Shown here piece after piece: positions 30,801 to 38,600 of a stretch of DNA of 64,000 bases. The position numbers and the translations under genes were made by a program. Origin of the DNA: an uncultured Candidatus Saccharibacteria bacterium (GTDB lineage Bacteria > Patescibacteriota > Minisyncoccia > Phycocordibacterales > UBA9973); contig CAZWAV010000001.1 in assembly GCA_964631935.1 (NCBI GenBank), forward strand, positions 291,595 through 355,594, written 5' to 3'. Under the pieces are notes generated by a model. It worked only from the letters and a program-made list of their open reading frames with translations. It had not been told where the DNA came from and did no database searches. Positions within the stretch are counted from its first letter, which is position 1. The number at the start of each line of letters is the position of its first letter.

Positions 30801-30894
30801 TAAAAATTTTTTTCACAGGCTCGTACTTTGGTAAACTAGATAGATAGTCGACTAAAGTTAGTATTGATAGAGATACTACGTAATTATACCCCAA
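21817..30894 (-). CDS. Giant (3025 aa) surface protein built from autotransporter-associated/PATR-type beta-helix repeats
   Basis: N-terminal hydrophobic segment (IRIFAIFFAIAFSLSL) then AEAATRTWTG. Dozens of repeats of the form (GxGTLTLSGANTYTGxTTINAGTLxLG..NALG). The composition is heavily Gly/Thr/Ser/Ala/Asn-biased and Cys-free. There is a long internal duplication and poly-Gly tracts near the C-terminus. The + strand Pro/Val-rich ORFs across this interval are antisense shadows. Confidence 0.8.
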   Translation of the reverse strand: MGYNYVVSLSILTLVDYLSSLPKYEPVKKIFTNPIRIFAIFFAIAFSLSLNVNRAEAATRTWTGTTSTAWSVGSNWSGGTAPVTGDDLVFPNGASNLSNTNDFIENTIFNSITFSGSGYTLSGNPIILGAGLAGITDSVASGGNTIALDIRLDVTRDIVVTNTAETLTISGRIAGVGGINKEGTGELVLSGANTFGGVLKINVGVVNAQNDRALGTNGSTTNGTEVVGGAALELQGTINIGYEALALRGYGVSNGGALRNVSDNNTFGGLITMIAGGAEIDSDSGTLTITGGMSGAFPLVIDGAGDITYTTAPIGIGSGTVTKNGSGTLKYNFPNTYTGTTFINAGILLYGIDNALLSSSVTVNAGTLDIASYSDMLGGTVTLGTTDLSSGTITGTTGVLSAVSWTLNAGTISAIIAGDGSSLTKNTLGTVTLTRPNLYTGNTSVAAGILKIQDSTALGLIDGVTTVTSGATLQIDGSGLSVPEYITFSGTGHLYTGAIRNMTGDNTITGLLTISGTANMIESDTGTTLTIDSKGLSATTLGLVVGGAGNVTFTETAPIYGTTATLTKNDTGVLTMEGFSNFTGATNLSRGEIVLNSAGAIPNSTITIGSGGTLTLDNTSTTILNRISDTAALTMNGGNFNFIGNTSGTAYETAGALTPASGHNVVTVTPGAGGSTTMTFASLSRTAGATVLFRGTSLGSPPAANVSTVLFTTAPTLTGAAGAANSSTISVIKGAFGDNSLSGTGTDMVTYNVGNTNGLRLLNSTGFSGEYSSTLTTNTNVKLIADTAASTVSINSLILNGYDITNASATITMASASLAGNILINSANNIAGASTTIGITTNELDILATANSTISAVIGTAVAGSLTLSGSGNITLSAANAFTGLTAVNNATLTYGASNVLSSGGVTVVGGTLDIAGNSDTVGAVTLQNGTITGTSGILSGTSYSLREGTVSAILGGGAATVTRIATSAAADSVVTLTRDNTYTGVTTITSGILKLGGTGGGTNTPLGTTGTGTTIANGGALDLNGYTLGTAEAITSLAGTGFGASGGSNMGAIMNSSASPATYSGALTLTAAARINADAGTMTISSDISGNFALTFGGFSDITYSGVRSGTSTLTKDGIGTLTLSNGNSSYTGATTISVGTVKLGAVSVGGTNSPLGTTAGITTVATGARLDLNGYSLGIAEPLTLNGVGYGLGDFASGALMNSSGSTVTYSGLITLGSATTIKADSGTINLTAAGTITGANTGLVLGGTGNGTLSSIIGTTGGTLTKIGAGTWTLSGASTFTGATSINVGTLKMGATGSTTNTPLGVIAGATSVLSGAVLDLNGFTLTAAEPLTTNGRGISDGGAIVNSGGALTYSGAITQATDTRIANSGSGLVTFTGGASGAFALYLSGTSNIAFSTGVIGIGAGTVTKQGSGTLTLTGTETYTGATRVDAGTFAYGSNVTVLAATNLTVAGGIFDMAASTDTIGSVTLVGGTIQNGTLTAAASYTLESGTISAVLAGAIPVAKNTNNTVTLTGANTISSGTAINAGTLTLSGSGSAVSTTITVNLGGTLTLDNSATAVASRLGDALALTLNGGNFNFIGNASGASSETTGALAPSSGHSVVTITPGAGGSTTMTFASFSRTAGATILFRGTSFGSTPAANVSTLMFTTSTGLLTGAAGAANSTTASVIKGAFGDNSLSGTGTDMVTYSLGNTNGLRLLNGAGFSGEYSTSLTTNTNVKLSADTTASTVSINSLILNGFAITNPGSAATITISQASLAGNILINSATNIAGANTTLGIGALELDILATNTSTISAVIGTATTGSVVLSGSGNVTLSAANLYTSTTFINNATLTAGASNVISSGGVTIVGGMYNLNANSDTVGTITINAGSIATGAGTLTGNGTFTTIANNNVASIITGNLGLGANATFTIGDGLMDNDAVISAVISGGFTFGKAGAGVLELAGSNTYTGLTTISAGTIRLGAAGGATNTPLGTTAAGTTVASGFSLDLNGFTLGTAEALTISGTGVGGKGALMNTSSTAVTYSGLITLGAAATITANYGTMTLSNTGSMTGTGFALTLRGLGNGVLKTQVNTSTAGSLVKNDAGTWEIWGDSNYTGVTTVSFGLLRLGAAGGATNTPLGTTAGATTVASSAMLDLNGFTLGTAEPITINGSGIANTGAFINSSNNSISYTGAVTLGAASRIANHGTGMTTLTGNISGNFALTVVAVGNFTQSTNSVWSGSGTLTKEGSGTLILAGQNTMTGAMTVSTGTLQLGANGGATNTPFGTIAGGVTVSAGAVLDLSTYSVGGASTWEPLTLAGSGLLNGGALISNSSTGSTFATLSQTSSRIVNNGAGVLTITGAVSGASSFWVGGSGPTTISGNMGTAGIVLTKYGAGTLTLTAANTGASGGVRINEGTLAYGIADALSTPTVSVAGGTLDLKGFNETNISTVTLIDGSIVSTGGAATLTSTQQFILEKGTISAVLGSALAGGMAKNTAGRVILSGDNSFTSTSIALNAGYLNLQHSNALGASGTSLTTTISGGATLELQNNITLPSTKLITANGTGVNNTGAIRNVADSNTISANVTLGTTNVRINSDSGTLTFPTMSGNTFNAIFGGAGSTSVTGIISTTSGNLTKDGAGTLTLSGANTYSRPTMILGGTIVANATAALGDGTSTNTLIFNGGTLQASGTITSLSTRAVTLTGNGTIDTNGNSVSIAGTVGSAGGLTKAGLGTLTLTGVTTIGGNLTISDGTFVAPTSLTINGDFSNSGTFTHSNGTVTFVPTNSTLTANILGSSNTTFYNLTNTTAGSTLQFKAGNTYTFANTLTLTGIEGNPISINSDTPTSQWLMTLSGSSSISYLKVKDSGCSGGNTVGASTNIYDYGNNGVCWSFITITKSGGGGNIESSATPDGDQGGGGGGGSGGGGATTAIATAVVSSNIVQSVTINSGGSGYTSVPTVLFCGGGGSGALGTAVLTGDAVSSVTVDNGGSNYTTVPSVVFNSNCPTTGGGGGGGGSGGDIGFLYKIKRMLVFSEPFGLSIFRKYL
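25250..26250. repeat. Copy 2 of an ~1-kb intragenic segmental duplication inside the giant gene (about 85% identical to 28080-29080; offset ~2.82 kb)
   Basis: Antisense ORFs 24779..25423, 25442..25822, 25856..26089 and 26147..26431 are colinear and highly similar to 28100..28492, 28502..28909 and 28958..29218. In the sense protein the blocks LTLDN..GGNFNFIGN(T/A)SG...GHxVVT(V/I)TPGAGGSTTMTFAS(L/F)SRTAGAT(V/I)LFRGTS..LAGNILINSA.NIAGA.TT(I/L)GI occur twice, about 940 aa apart. Confidence 0.7.
28080..29080. repeat. Copy 1 of the intragenic segmental duplication
   Basis: See the partner entry. The constant ~2.82-kb offset between matching antisense ORF segments indicates a near in-frame duplication. 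Confidence 0.7.
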
Positions 30895-30964
30895 ATATAC
30901 TACATATGTATAGTAAATATAGTGTTAATAAACCTATTAGTATATAATATTTCATAGAACAGAT

Positions 30965-31669
30965 ATGACTAGTGAAATATATAAAACAATTGAAAGTGAA
31001 AGCATCCGTAGACAATGGGATAAGGAGAAGAATATTTGGTACTTCTCTGTGGTAGATGTCATAGGTATAGTTACTAGTAGTACTGACGCTAGAAATTATT
31101 GGAAAGTACTAAAGAATAGATTAAATAAGGCTAATCCGGAGTTGGTTACAAGATGTAACCAACTGAAAATGCCATCAAGCGACGGTAAAAGTTACCTGAC
31201 TGATGTTGCAGACAGTGAGACTATATTAGAGATTATCCGAGCAATTTCTATCCCCTATGTTGCCCCTTTTAGAAGATGGTTTAATGATATTGAATCACAG
31301 TCTAGTCCTAAAAATGAATACGAAGAAGAAACAGAAAAGGCTGAGCTTACAATAGATGCATACGAGACAGACAAAGATATAATTTTAGAATCTATGGTCG
31401 CAGGTGTATCAATAGAAAATTTATCTATCTCTATAACTTTGAGCGAGGTTATTATTTCAGGTAAACGATTAATTCCAGAGAATATATCTCACCTAGATTA
31501 TGTAATCCAGGAAATTTATTGGGGGGCATTCTCTCGCACGATTCCCTTGCCTTCCGAAATAGATATAGATGAGGCGCAAGCGAGTATAGAGCATGGATTG
31601 CTTAAAATAAAGTTACCAAAAATAAATAAACTTCGCACAAGAATAATAAAAATAAAATCACTTGGCTAA
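30965..31669 (+). CDS. Two-domain protein: Bro-N-like N-terminal domain fused to a C-terminal alpha-crystallin/Hsp20 domain
   Basis: 234 aa. The N-terminus (IRRQWDKEKNIWYFSVVDVIGIVT) resembles the Bro-N/KilA-N DNA-binding fold. The C-terminal ~100 aa are a clear sHSP alpha-crystallin domain (IDAYETDKDIILESMVAGVSIENLSISI...ISG.R........Y...E...GAFSRTIPLPSEIDIDEAQASIEHGLLKIKLPK). Confidence 0.6.
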   Translation: MTSEIYKTIESESIRRQWDKEKNIWYFSVVDVIGIVTSSTDARNYWKVLKNRLNKANPELVTRCNQLKMPSSDGKSYLTDVADSETILEIIRAISIPYVAPFRRWFNDIESQSSPKNEYEEETEKAELTIDAYETDKDIILESMVAGVSIENLSISITLSEVIISGKRLIPENISHLDYVIQEIYWGAFSRTIPLPSEIDIDEAQASIEHGLLKIKLPKINKLRTRIIKIKSLG

Positions 31670-31690
31670 TTAGCCAAGTGATTTTATTTT
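31653..31690. terminator. Bidirectional rho-independent terminator between convergent genes (aaaatcacttggctaa/ttagccaagtgatttt)
   Basis: Perfect 16-bp inverted repeat at 31655-31686 with A/T runs on both sides. It sits exactly between the stop of the Hsp20-fusion gene and the stop of the beta-lactamase-like gene. Confidence 0.6.
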
Positions 31691-32640
31691 TATTTACTAG
31701 TATTGTACGCATGCTCTGAAATTTCTTTCATTAGTCCTCTTGCCCAAGCTCTCGTTTCTTCTGTGGAATCTTTTCCTTTAATTATGACAGTAATCATATA
31801 TGGTTTCCCTGGAATATATACAATCCCTGAATCTGCAAAAATATTGTACTCTATGTTCTCGCCATACTTATGTGCAAATTTAACATTAGAAGGAATACCT
31901 TGCGATAGGTAATCTTTGAATGTCGCTTTGGACATGTAATCTAAGATTTTTTCAGATAATTCTGGACGTAGAAAGTTTGAAGTATAAAGTACTCGCAGTA
32001 GACGTGTATATTCTTTTGCGGAAACAAATCCTTTCTCATTATACAAATCCTGTAAGCCTACTTTTTCCTGAAAAACAATATAATCAGAAAAATCTAGTTG
32101 GTGTTTAAATATATTTTGAGCAGTATTGTCTGAGTTAACTAGTAACTCTTCTAATAGTTTTTCTACTGTTATCGGCTTATCCCCGATAGTTTTATACAGA
32201 GCCCCTGAATCAGAAGAGAGATCAGCTGGGTCTGCTTTAAGCTCTGTACTCCAAGACAAAGCTCCACTTTCAACCTTTTTTGCAATAAGTATTGCTTGTA
32301 CAAGTTTACTTAAAGATGCAGGAAATAGATGCAGATCTTTATTTACGCTTATGTTTGCTCCAGAGTTAATATTTTCATAATAAATAGAGATATTGTCTGG
32401 ATTTTTTTTACCAAAATCCATTAAATATGAACGTAAATCCTCTATGTTAGTTAAATAATTTTCTTGTGGAATAAACTTTTGAAGTGGGTCGAGCATCGGA
32501 AATTCTGTATCTTTGACTGGGTTAAGGCCAAAATATTGTGGTGAAAACCATGCAGCTATTGGTATGCACAAAGCAAGTATGAGCATAAAGATTCTTTGCT
32601 TTTTAAGTTCTTTAGATAATCTTTCAATTTCCTTATTCAT
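31690..32640 (-). CDS. Membrane-anchored serine hydrolase of the class-A beta-lactamase / penicillin-binding-protein fold
   Basis: Start set at internal MNKEIERL (ATG at 32638-32640), followed by a TM helix. The SxxK motif (PASLSKLV), the SDN motif (NSDNTA) and a KTG-like KYG motif are present. The upstream Gln/His/Leu-rich 72 codons of the track ORF overlap the giant gene's Pro-Thr tail and are judged non-coding. Confidence 0.65.
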   Translation of the reverse strand: MNKEIERLSKELKKQRIFMLILALCIPIAAWFSPQYFGLNPVKDTEFPMLDPLQKFIPQENYLTNIEDLRSYLMDFGKKNPDNISIYYENINSGANISVNKDLHLFPASLSKLVQAILIAKKVESGALSWSTELKADPADLSSDSGALYKTIGDKPITVEKLLEELLVNSDNTAQNIFKHQLDFSDYIVFQEKVGLQDLYNEKGFVSAKEYTRLLRVLYTSNFLRPELSEKILDYMSKATFKDYLSQGIPSNVKFAHKYGENIEYNIFADSGIVYIPGKPYMITVIIKGKDSTEETRAWARGLMKEISEHAYNTSK

Positions 32641-32683
32641 AATATGAGTATTATCTTTAATTAGTAAAACCAATTTAATTGTA

Positions 32684-35600
32684 TTAAGCAGATGTGGTTG
32701 AATTAGTATCAGGTGTTGGTTCTGGTGTAGGTACAGGATCTGGGGTTGGAGTTGGTGTTGGGTCTGGTGTAGGAGTTGGAGTAGGTGTCGGTTCAGGAGT
32801 TGGCACAGGATCTGGGGTTGGAGTTGGTGTTGGATCTGGTGTAGGAGTTGGGTCAATTATTATGCCTTCGATAACACTCTGGAATACTTGAGGATCACGA
32901 ACAGAGAGTGCGTTCCACGAGAATCGTATATCACGTGGAGCTGGTTTATTTAGTAGTATTGTAAATCCTGTTTGATCTTTTGATACGATTATAAATCGTA
33001 CGTCATTAGTAAATAGTGCGGTAGCCTGAGTATCGTCTACATTATCAGAACTTTCAAATGTTACAGATGTATTTACGACAGGTGTTGCTATGTATGCCTG
33101 ACTAAATACTACATGGACTCTCCTATCACCTTGTTTAACTAGAGCATATCCTGCAGTATCTTTATTATAAAGTGGTGGGACTACAAATTCAGTTTGACTA
33201 TTGAAAGTAGAATTATTTGCAAAGTTTATAAGACCATTGAATGTGGTATCTCCACTAAATGTTGCTCCACCTGTAACAGTAAGCGTATTCGTATTGAGAG
33301 TATTTAGAGCACTAAATGCATTCGCAGCAAGAAGTGCTTCGACAGCTTGGAGTCGTGTATTTATATCTGTACCGCTTGCAACAAGTCCTGAGACTGTTGT
33401 ATTCGTACCATCAACATCTGCTTTGAGTTGAGCAACATCTGCTTGCACTACTGTAAGCGCTCCTGATAGAGTGTTCATGACTGATGCAGTAAGGGTGAAA
33501 GCTTCTTGGCCTTGCGTAAGATTATTTATCTGATCAGTGATAGCTTGAATACCCGCAAGATCAGCAACTTGGATTTTCTTTGCTGTCACTGTGCCAGCAA
33601 ATGTAGCATTACCTAAACTATCAAAAGTTATCGCTGGTGTGGTTGTCTGTCCACCAATTGTAAACTTACCATTATCGCCAAGAATCAGACCTACATCTTT
33701 ACTCTCTCCGGCGCTAATCTTATTAACCTCCACATTATCAGCGACAACTTTCGGAGTAATCACGACACCAGCTGCAAGCCTATCTAGTAGAAGTTCGGAT
33801 GAAGAAGAATTACCGCTCTGTCCATTTTCTAAGAACTTCTGTAGTACTTGTCTTGCAAATACTCCATTGTCAATTACAGAAATTCCAGCAAATTCACTTA
33901 TGCTTTGGCCATCATAGAAACCTTGTTCAACATATACCATTACAGTAGAAGATCCAGAATTTGGTGTCCATGCTTCAAGTGCCTTACCTATAACGAAACC
34001 TCCCTTTGTGGCTTTTGTTGCCTTACCTCCTTCATCTGACGTAGTGACGTAGTCTCCAGGTGCTATAGATTCTGATGAAGAAGAGACTTTTACAGGCACG
34101 CGACCATTAAGCGCAATAGGCATAGGATTATCAGAATCTTTTATATTATGTCCAGCAGAAGTAAAGTCTCCATAGTTATCAGCGACAATACCAATGACAT
34201 TTCTCTGATATTTCTTATTTGATTTTACTAATCGAGTAACTTTACCTTTTACTTTGGTCCAATCGACATTACCATCGGTACTATCATAAGTATTTACCAT
34301 TTCTGTACCAGTAGTGACAATATCTCCATATTGTGTACCACTCTCTACTGGATACATCTCGGCGTAGTCAGCAGCCGGAGCTGCATTACAATCTCGGATT
34401 TCATATGCAGTACCAGCCGTAGGAGCAGTAGTATTCGCCAAGCTAGAACATACAGCATTTGTACTTGCTGTACCAGAGAGACCCATACTTACTACACCAG
34501 CACTTGTGACTTTAAATTTTAGAACACTCGCATTTTTGAAATCAAGGAAGTTTCCTGTAAAGGAAGTTGATCCACCACTTACTGCCATATCCATCAAGAG
34601 TGCATCTCCAGTAAACGCTGATGTATCATGATAGACTTGAAGCATTGATGGTGCAGAAGTCATAGAGCCAGTATAAAATCTTGCAACATCTCCTTGGGTT
34701 GTTCCTGTATTTTCTGCATACAAAGCAGCGGGCAATGCTACTCCTCCTGCAGAACCGTTAGTAAGAGCTTGGACGCCAAACGTTGCTCCAGTTGATCTGA
34801 TACCAGTGTTTGTACCTGCCGTATTACTACCAGCATTTGAAACAATTTCAATTCCGCGCACAAGGTTTGCAAGAGATGTATTATCTACTGTTCTTATTAC
34901 TTCCCCGACCATCGTATTGGCATTGGTCGTTGGCGCATTATTAAAAACAAAACGATTACCCACTTGTACATAACTAGCAGTACCTCCATTATTAAATGTG
35001 TAGTCACCGTGAATTCCGGCTATTGCAGTAGTCGATCCAGTTGAAGCCATAGTGGAAACGATGTTTAATTTCGCGAGCGTTCCTGAAGATAGTGTGGTAC
35101 CACCGAGGAGTGTCTGTCCTGCATCAACATTGAGTGCAAGATTTGTAGTACCACCAGATGCTGTTGTATAGAGACCGACATTCGTCGTAGCTGCTCCAGT
35201 ATTTGAGAAATATCCAGCATAGTCAGTACCAGTAGTTCCACCAGTTTGACCGATGTTGAGTGCTTTGTTTGATGCAGTAGTTGATGCAGTAGTTGCTCCG
35301 AGGGTTGTCCCGTCGTAAGTAAAGTTTGCACTTTCAGATAATATATTTGAACCGTTTTCGTACAAGACACGATTTGTAGAACCACTAGTTATAGCAGTTG
35401 TACCGACAGTAAGCCCACCTCCTGACCCACAAGCCGAAGCTGCAGCCGTTATGACTCCGGCATTATCTGTCTGTACACATTTTGTTCCCCCGCCACCGAG
35501 ACCAGAGAATGTAATTGTTCCTGATGATGTGATACCAGCCGCAGCAGCAATCACTCCGCTCGAATTAACCTGGAAGAGATCTCCGCTTCCAACAGTAAGA

Positions 35601-38600
35601 AGTGCATTTGGAGAAGTGTCACCTATACCGACATTACCTCCATCAAATATTCCGGCATAGTTTGTGTCTCCACCTGAGGCAGTTACATATATACCAATAT
35701 TTTTCAAAATGTTACTACCTGCAACTTCTGTAGCTGTTGCATTGAAATATCCAGCATAAGCGACAGCATCCCCTGTTGTTGTATTTATAGAAGCATTACT
35801 TGTATCTCCATAGATACCGTAACCAGTCACAACTCCTGAACCAGAACCTTGATATGATCCCCATATAGCATATCCACCATCGCCCGAGGCAAAACCTTTA
35901 ACTCCAGCAGAACCAGCTCCTGTGCCTGCATCTCCAGCAACACCAACTGCACTCGAAGTAAACCCAATAGCTGTTCCTGATACACCAATATGTCCTTTAC
36001 CCCAGACACCGTAGTTATTATTTGAGTTTATTGTAGCTTCACCATATACTCCATAATTCTGTGATGTACCAGCTGACGCTACAGCATATAGACCATAATC
36101 TTTTGAAGTTGTACCATCGTGAGCATTTGAAATATAAGCACCATATGTAATTTGGTTTGAAGTAGCATTTGTACCAGAGAGTGATATATTTAATCCTTTT
36201 TGGGTATTTGATGCGGCAGCAGTTGAAGTCGATGAAATGTTTAATCCTGTACCTGAAGAGAGACCGTTAACCACAATTGACTGACCGATACCTGTTGTTA
36301 ATCCAGAATACGTTTGTAAGAATTGTGTACCTGCAGTTGAGGCCGTTGACGATAAATCAAGCAATGCACCTGTAGTCGTAGATGTATCAACTGATGTTGA
36401 TGTTAGTTTTAGAAGTGATCCGCCGTTTGCAATGACGGAAGTCGTATGCGAAAGAAGTAATTCCTGGCCAGTAGTTAGTGAATTATTTATTATATTGAGA
36501 CCAGTCTGGGTTGTCGCAGTCCAGGTCATAGTTTGTGCTGTTGTACCAAAGGCTATGTCGGCACCTGTCGACGGATCGCCAATTGCATCCCAAGCAGTTG
36601 CTCCGCCAGATCCACAAGCTGCGGCGGCGGCCGAAATCACTCCAGAGTTATCCGTTTGAAGACATTTTGTTCCACCACCTGCAAGACTCGATGCAGTAAG
36701 AGTGCCAGTACTACCAATTCTTAATTTTTCTGACATTGCTGTACCACCTGACTGTGTGAGGAAGATGAGGTCACCTGTTTCAGAACCAGCAGTATTCGTA
36801 AGGTTAGTAATTTGAATACCAGCACGAGAGACTCTGTTGGTACCGTTAGTTGCCGTAAATATAAGTTGATTTGTATTGTCTAGAGATACTCCAATTACTC
36901 CGGTTGTCGCTGCAATCGTGTTGGTAGATATTAGTGGTGTCACATTTCCCCCAGCGTTAGTCGTTTTATATGTCACAGCAGAAATCCCAGAACTTCCTCC
37001 TAATAGTTGGGAACTCGCCGATGATACACCTGTTACTGAAAAACTAGCACTTGCTGCCAGTAAGTCGCTAAAAGTAAAGCTAGGATTTCCTCCTACACCA
37101 TCAAACGTAACTATTCCTCCGGTACTAACGGTCGTTGAATAATAATTAGATACGTCATAACCAACTCGCAATTGTTCAGTTGTATTTAAAATATGTAGCG
37201 ATGCTGATGGTGCTGTTGTGCCAATACCCACATTTCCTGCATCAAAGATGCCGGCGTAATTATTTGAGCCACCTGTCGCTGTTGCGTAAAGTCCCACATT
37301 TGTTGATGTTCCTGAGTGTGTATTTGAAATTCTTGCACCATATGTTGTCTGAGCTCCGGTACCGTTAACACCGGTAGTGAGAATATTGAGTGCAGTTTGA
37401 TTGGTAAGAGATCCCGTACTTGAAATTTGGAGATCAACAAGTTTTCCAGAAGTAAATGTATTTCCGGCTGCGGCGTAGAATCCTGTACCTGTTGTGAGAG
37501 AACTTCCATTCAATGCAACGATAGAGGATGTCGTTGTCTGGCTATTGTTTGCAGAGTTAAGAGATACATTACCGGCAGAACTTACTTGGAATTCAGAACC
37601 TCCTCCAACAGAGAAGAGGGCTGATGGAGAAACAGTGCCTATACCAACATTCCCTCCGTTTGTCACAAGTGCGTAATTAAGAGACCCTCCACTTGCAGCA
37701 AGTTTGAGGCCGTAGTTTGTACCAGAGCCTCCATGTGCATTTAAAATATTCGCCCCATAAGTAGCTTGAGCGCCAGTCGCATTGACTCCTGAAAATTGAA
37801 TATTGAGACCTGTCTGGTTTGTCGCAGCTGCAGTTCCACCAACTGAAATGTCAATTATTCTACCACTTGTAAGTGATGTTGATTCCAAATACATACTGGT
37901 ACCGGTAGTGAGAGAATTTTCTGCGATTGAAAATGCTGATGATGTACCTGTTTGTGTTGTAAATCCTGAGCTCTGGTTATACTGACCATAAATAAAAGCG
38001 CTACCAGTATAAAGATTGCTCCATGGAGCACCTGAGCTACCTAGGTCGTAAGTAAGTCCTGCATTAGGAATAAGTGATTGATTAATAGATGTCGTAGTGA
38101 GATTTGAGAGCGCAGTGTTTGCGGCACTTCCTCCTCCATTGGAGTGAACCATCAACCAATCCGTACCATTTGATTGCCAAGAAATTTTTTCGAGTGGTTG
38201 TAAAGTATAATTTGAAACAAGAGCTCCTGTCTGGTCTTCAACTCTTCCGGCTCCTCCATCAATAACATCTACAGCTTTAGTTGACGTATTTTTCACTATC
38301 GTATATATACGATTTGTCACAGTTGTTGCGTCAGGGAGAATTACACGAAAACCAGCACTTACTGATGAATTGATATTGTAGACATACCCTGGATCAGTCG
38401 TGACGTTGTAGTCAGCACCGAGAACGTCGAAGTCTACGTATTTATATTTCGCACCGAGAGTTCCGTTAATATCAACTGATGATAATGGTGTAGCGGTATT
38501 AATACCAAATGATCCATTACTACCAGTATTAGTAAAATATGCCTTTGAATTCACATCATCAATAGTAAAAAAATTTCCATTACCTATAGCATCAATATCA

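Noticed and set aside
22640-30847. About twenty + strand ORFs (60-214 aa) rich in Pro/Val/Ala/Leu across the giant gene
   Set aside because: They are antisense translations of the Gly/Thr/Ser/Ala-rich sense frame (GGT/ACT/GCT codons read backwards give Pro/Ser/Val/Ala). They carry no independent coding signal and are fully nested in a 9-kb ORF.
30901-30964. Promoter call in the 70-nt divergent region between the giant gene and the Bro-N/Hsp20 gene (TATAAT at 30943-30948)
   Set aside because: The -10-like hexamer is present, but no acceptable -35 lies at 16-18 nt spacing. The whole region is AT-rich, so the match is not specific enough to report as a feature.
31690-32856. Using the full-length track ORF with its Gln/His/Leu-rich N-terminus as the gene
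   Set aside because: That segment lies inside the giant gene's 3' repeat on the same strand and has repeat-derived composition. A good ATG followed directly by a TM helix lies at 32638-32640.
32694-32891. The + strand ORF encoding GVGSGVGTGSGVG repeats
   Set aside because: It is the mirror image of the Pro-Thr linker of the giant minus-strand gene, an artefact of the tandem DNA repeat.
33201-38100. Multiple small ORFs on both strands inside 32684-39217
   Set aside because: They are nested in the 2177-aa ORF and have low-complexity composition consistent with shadow frames.
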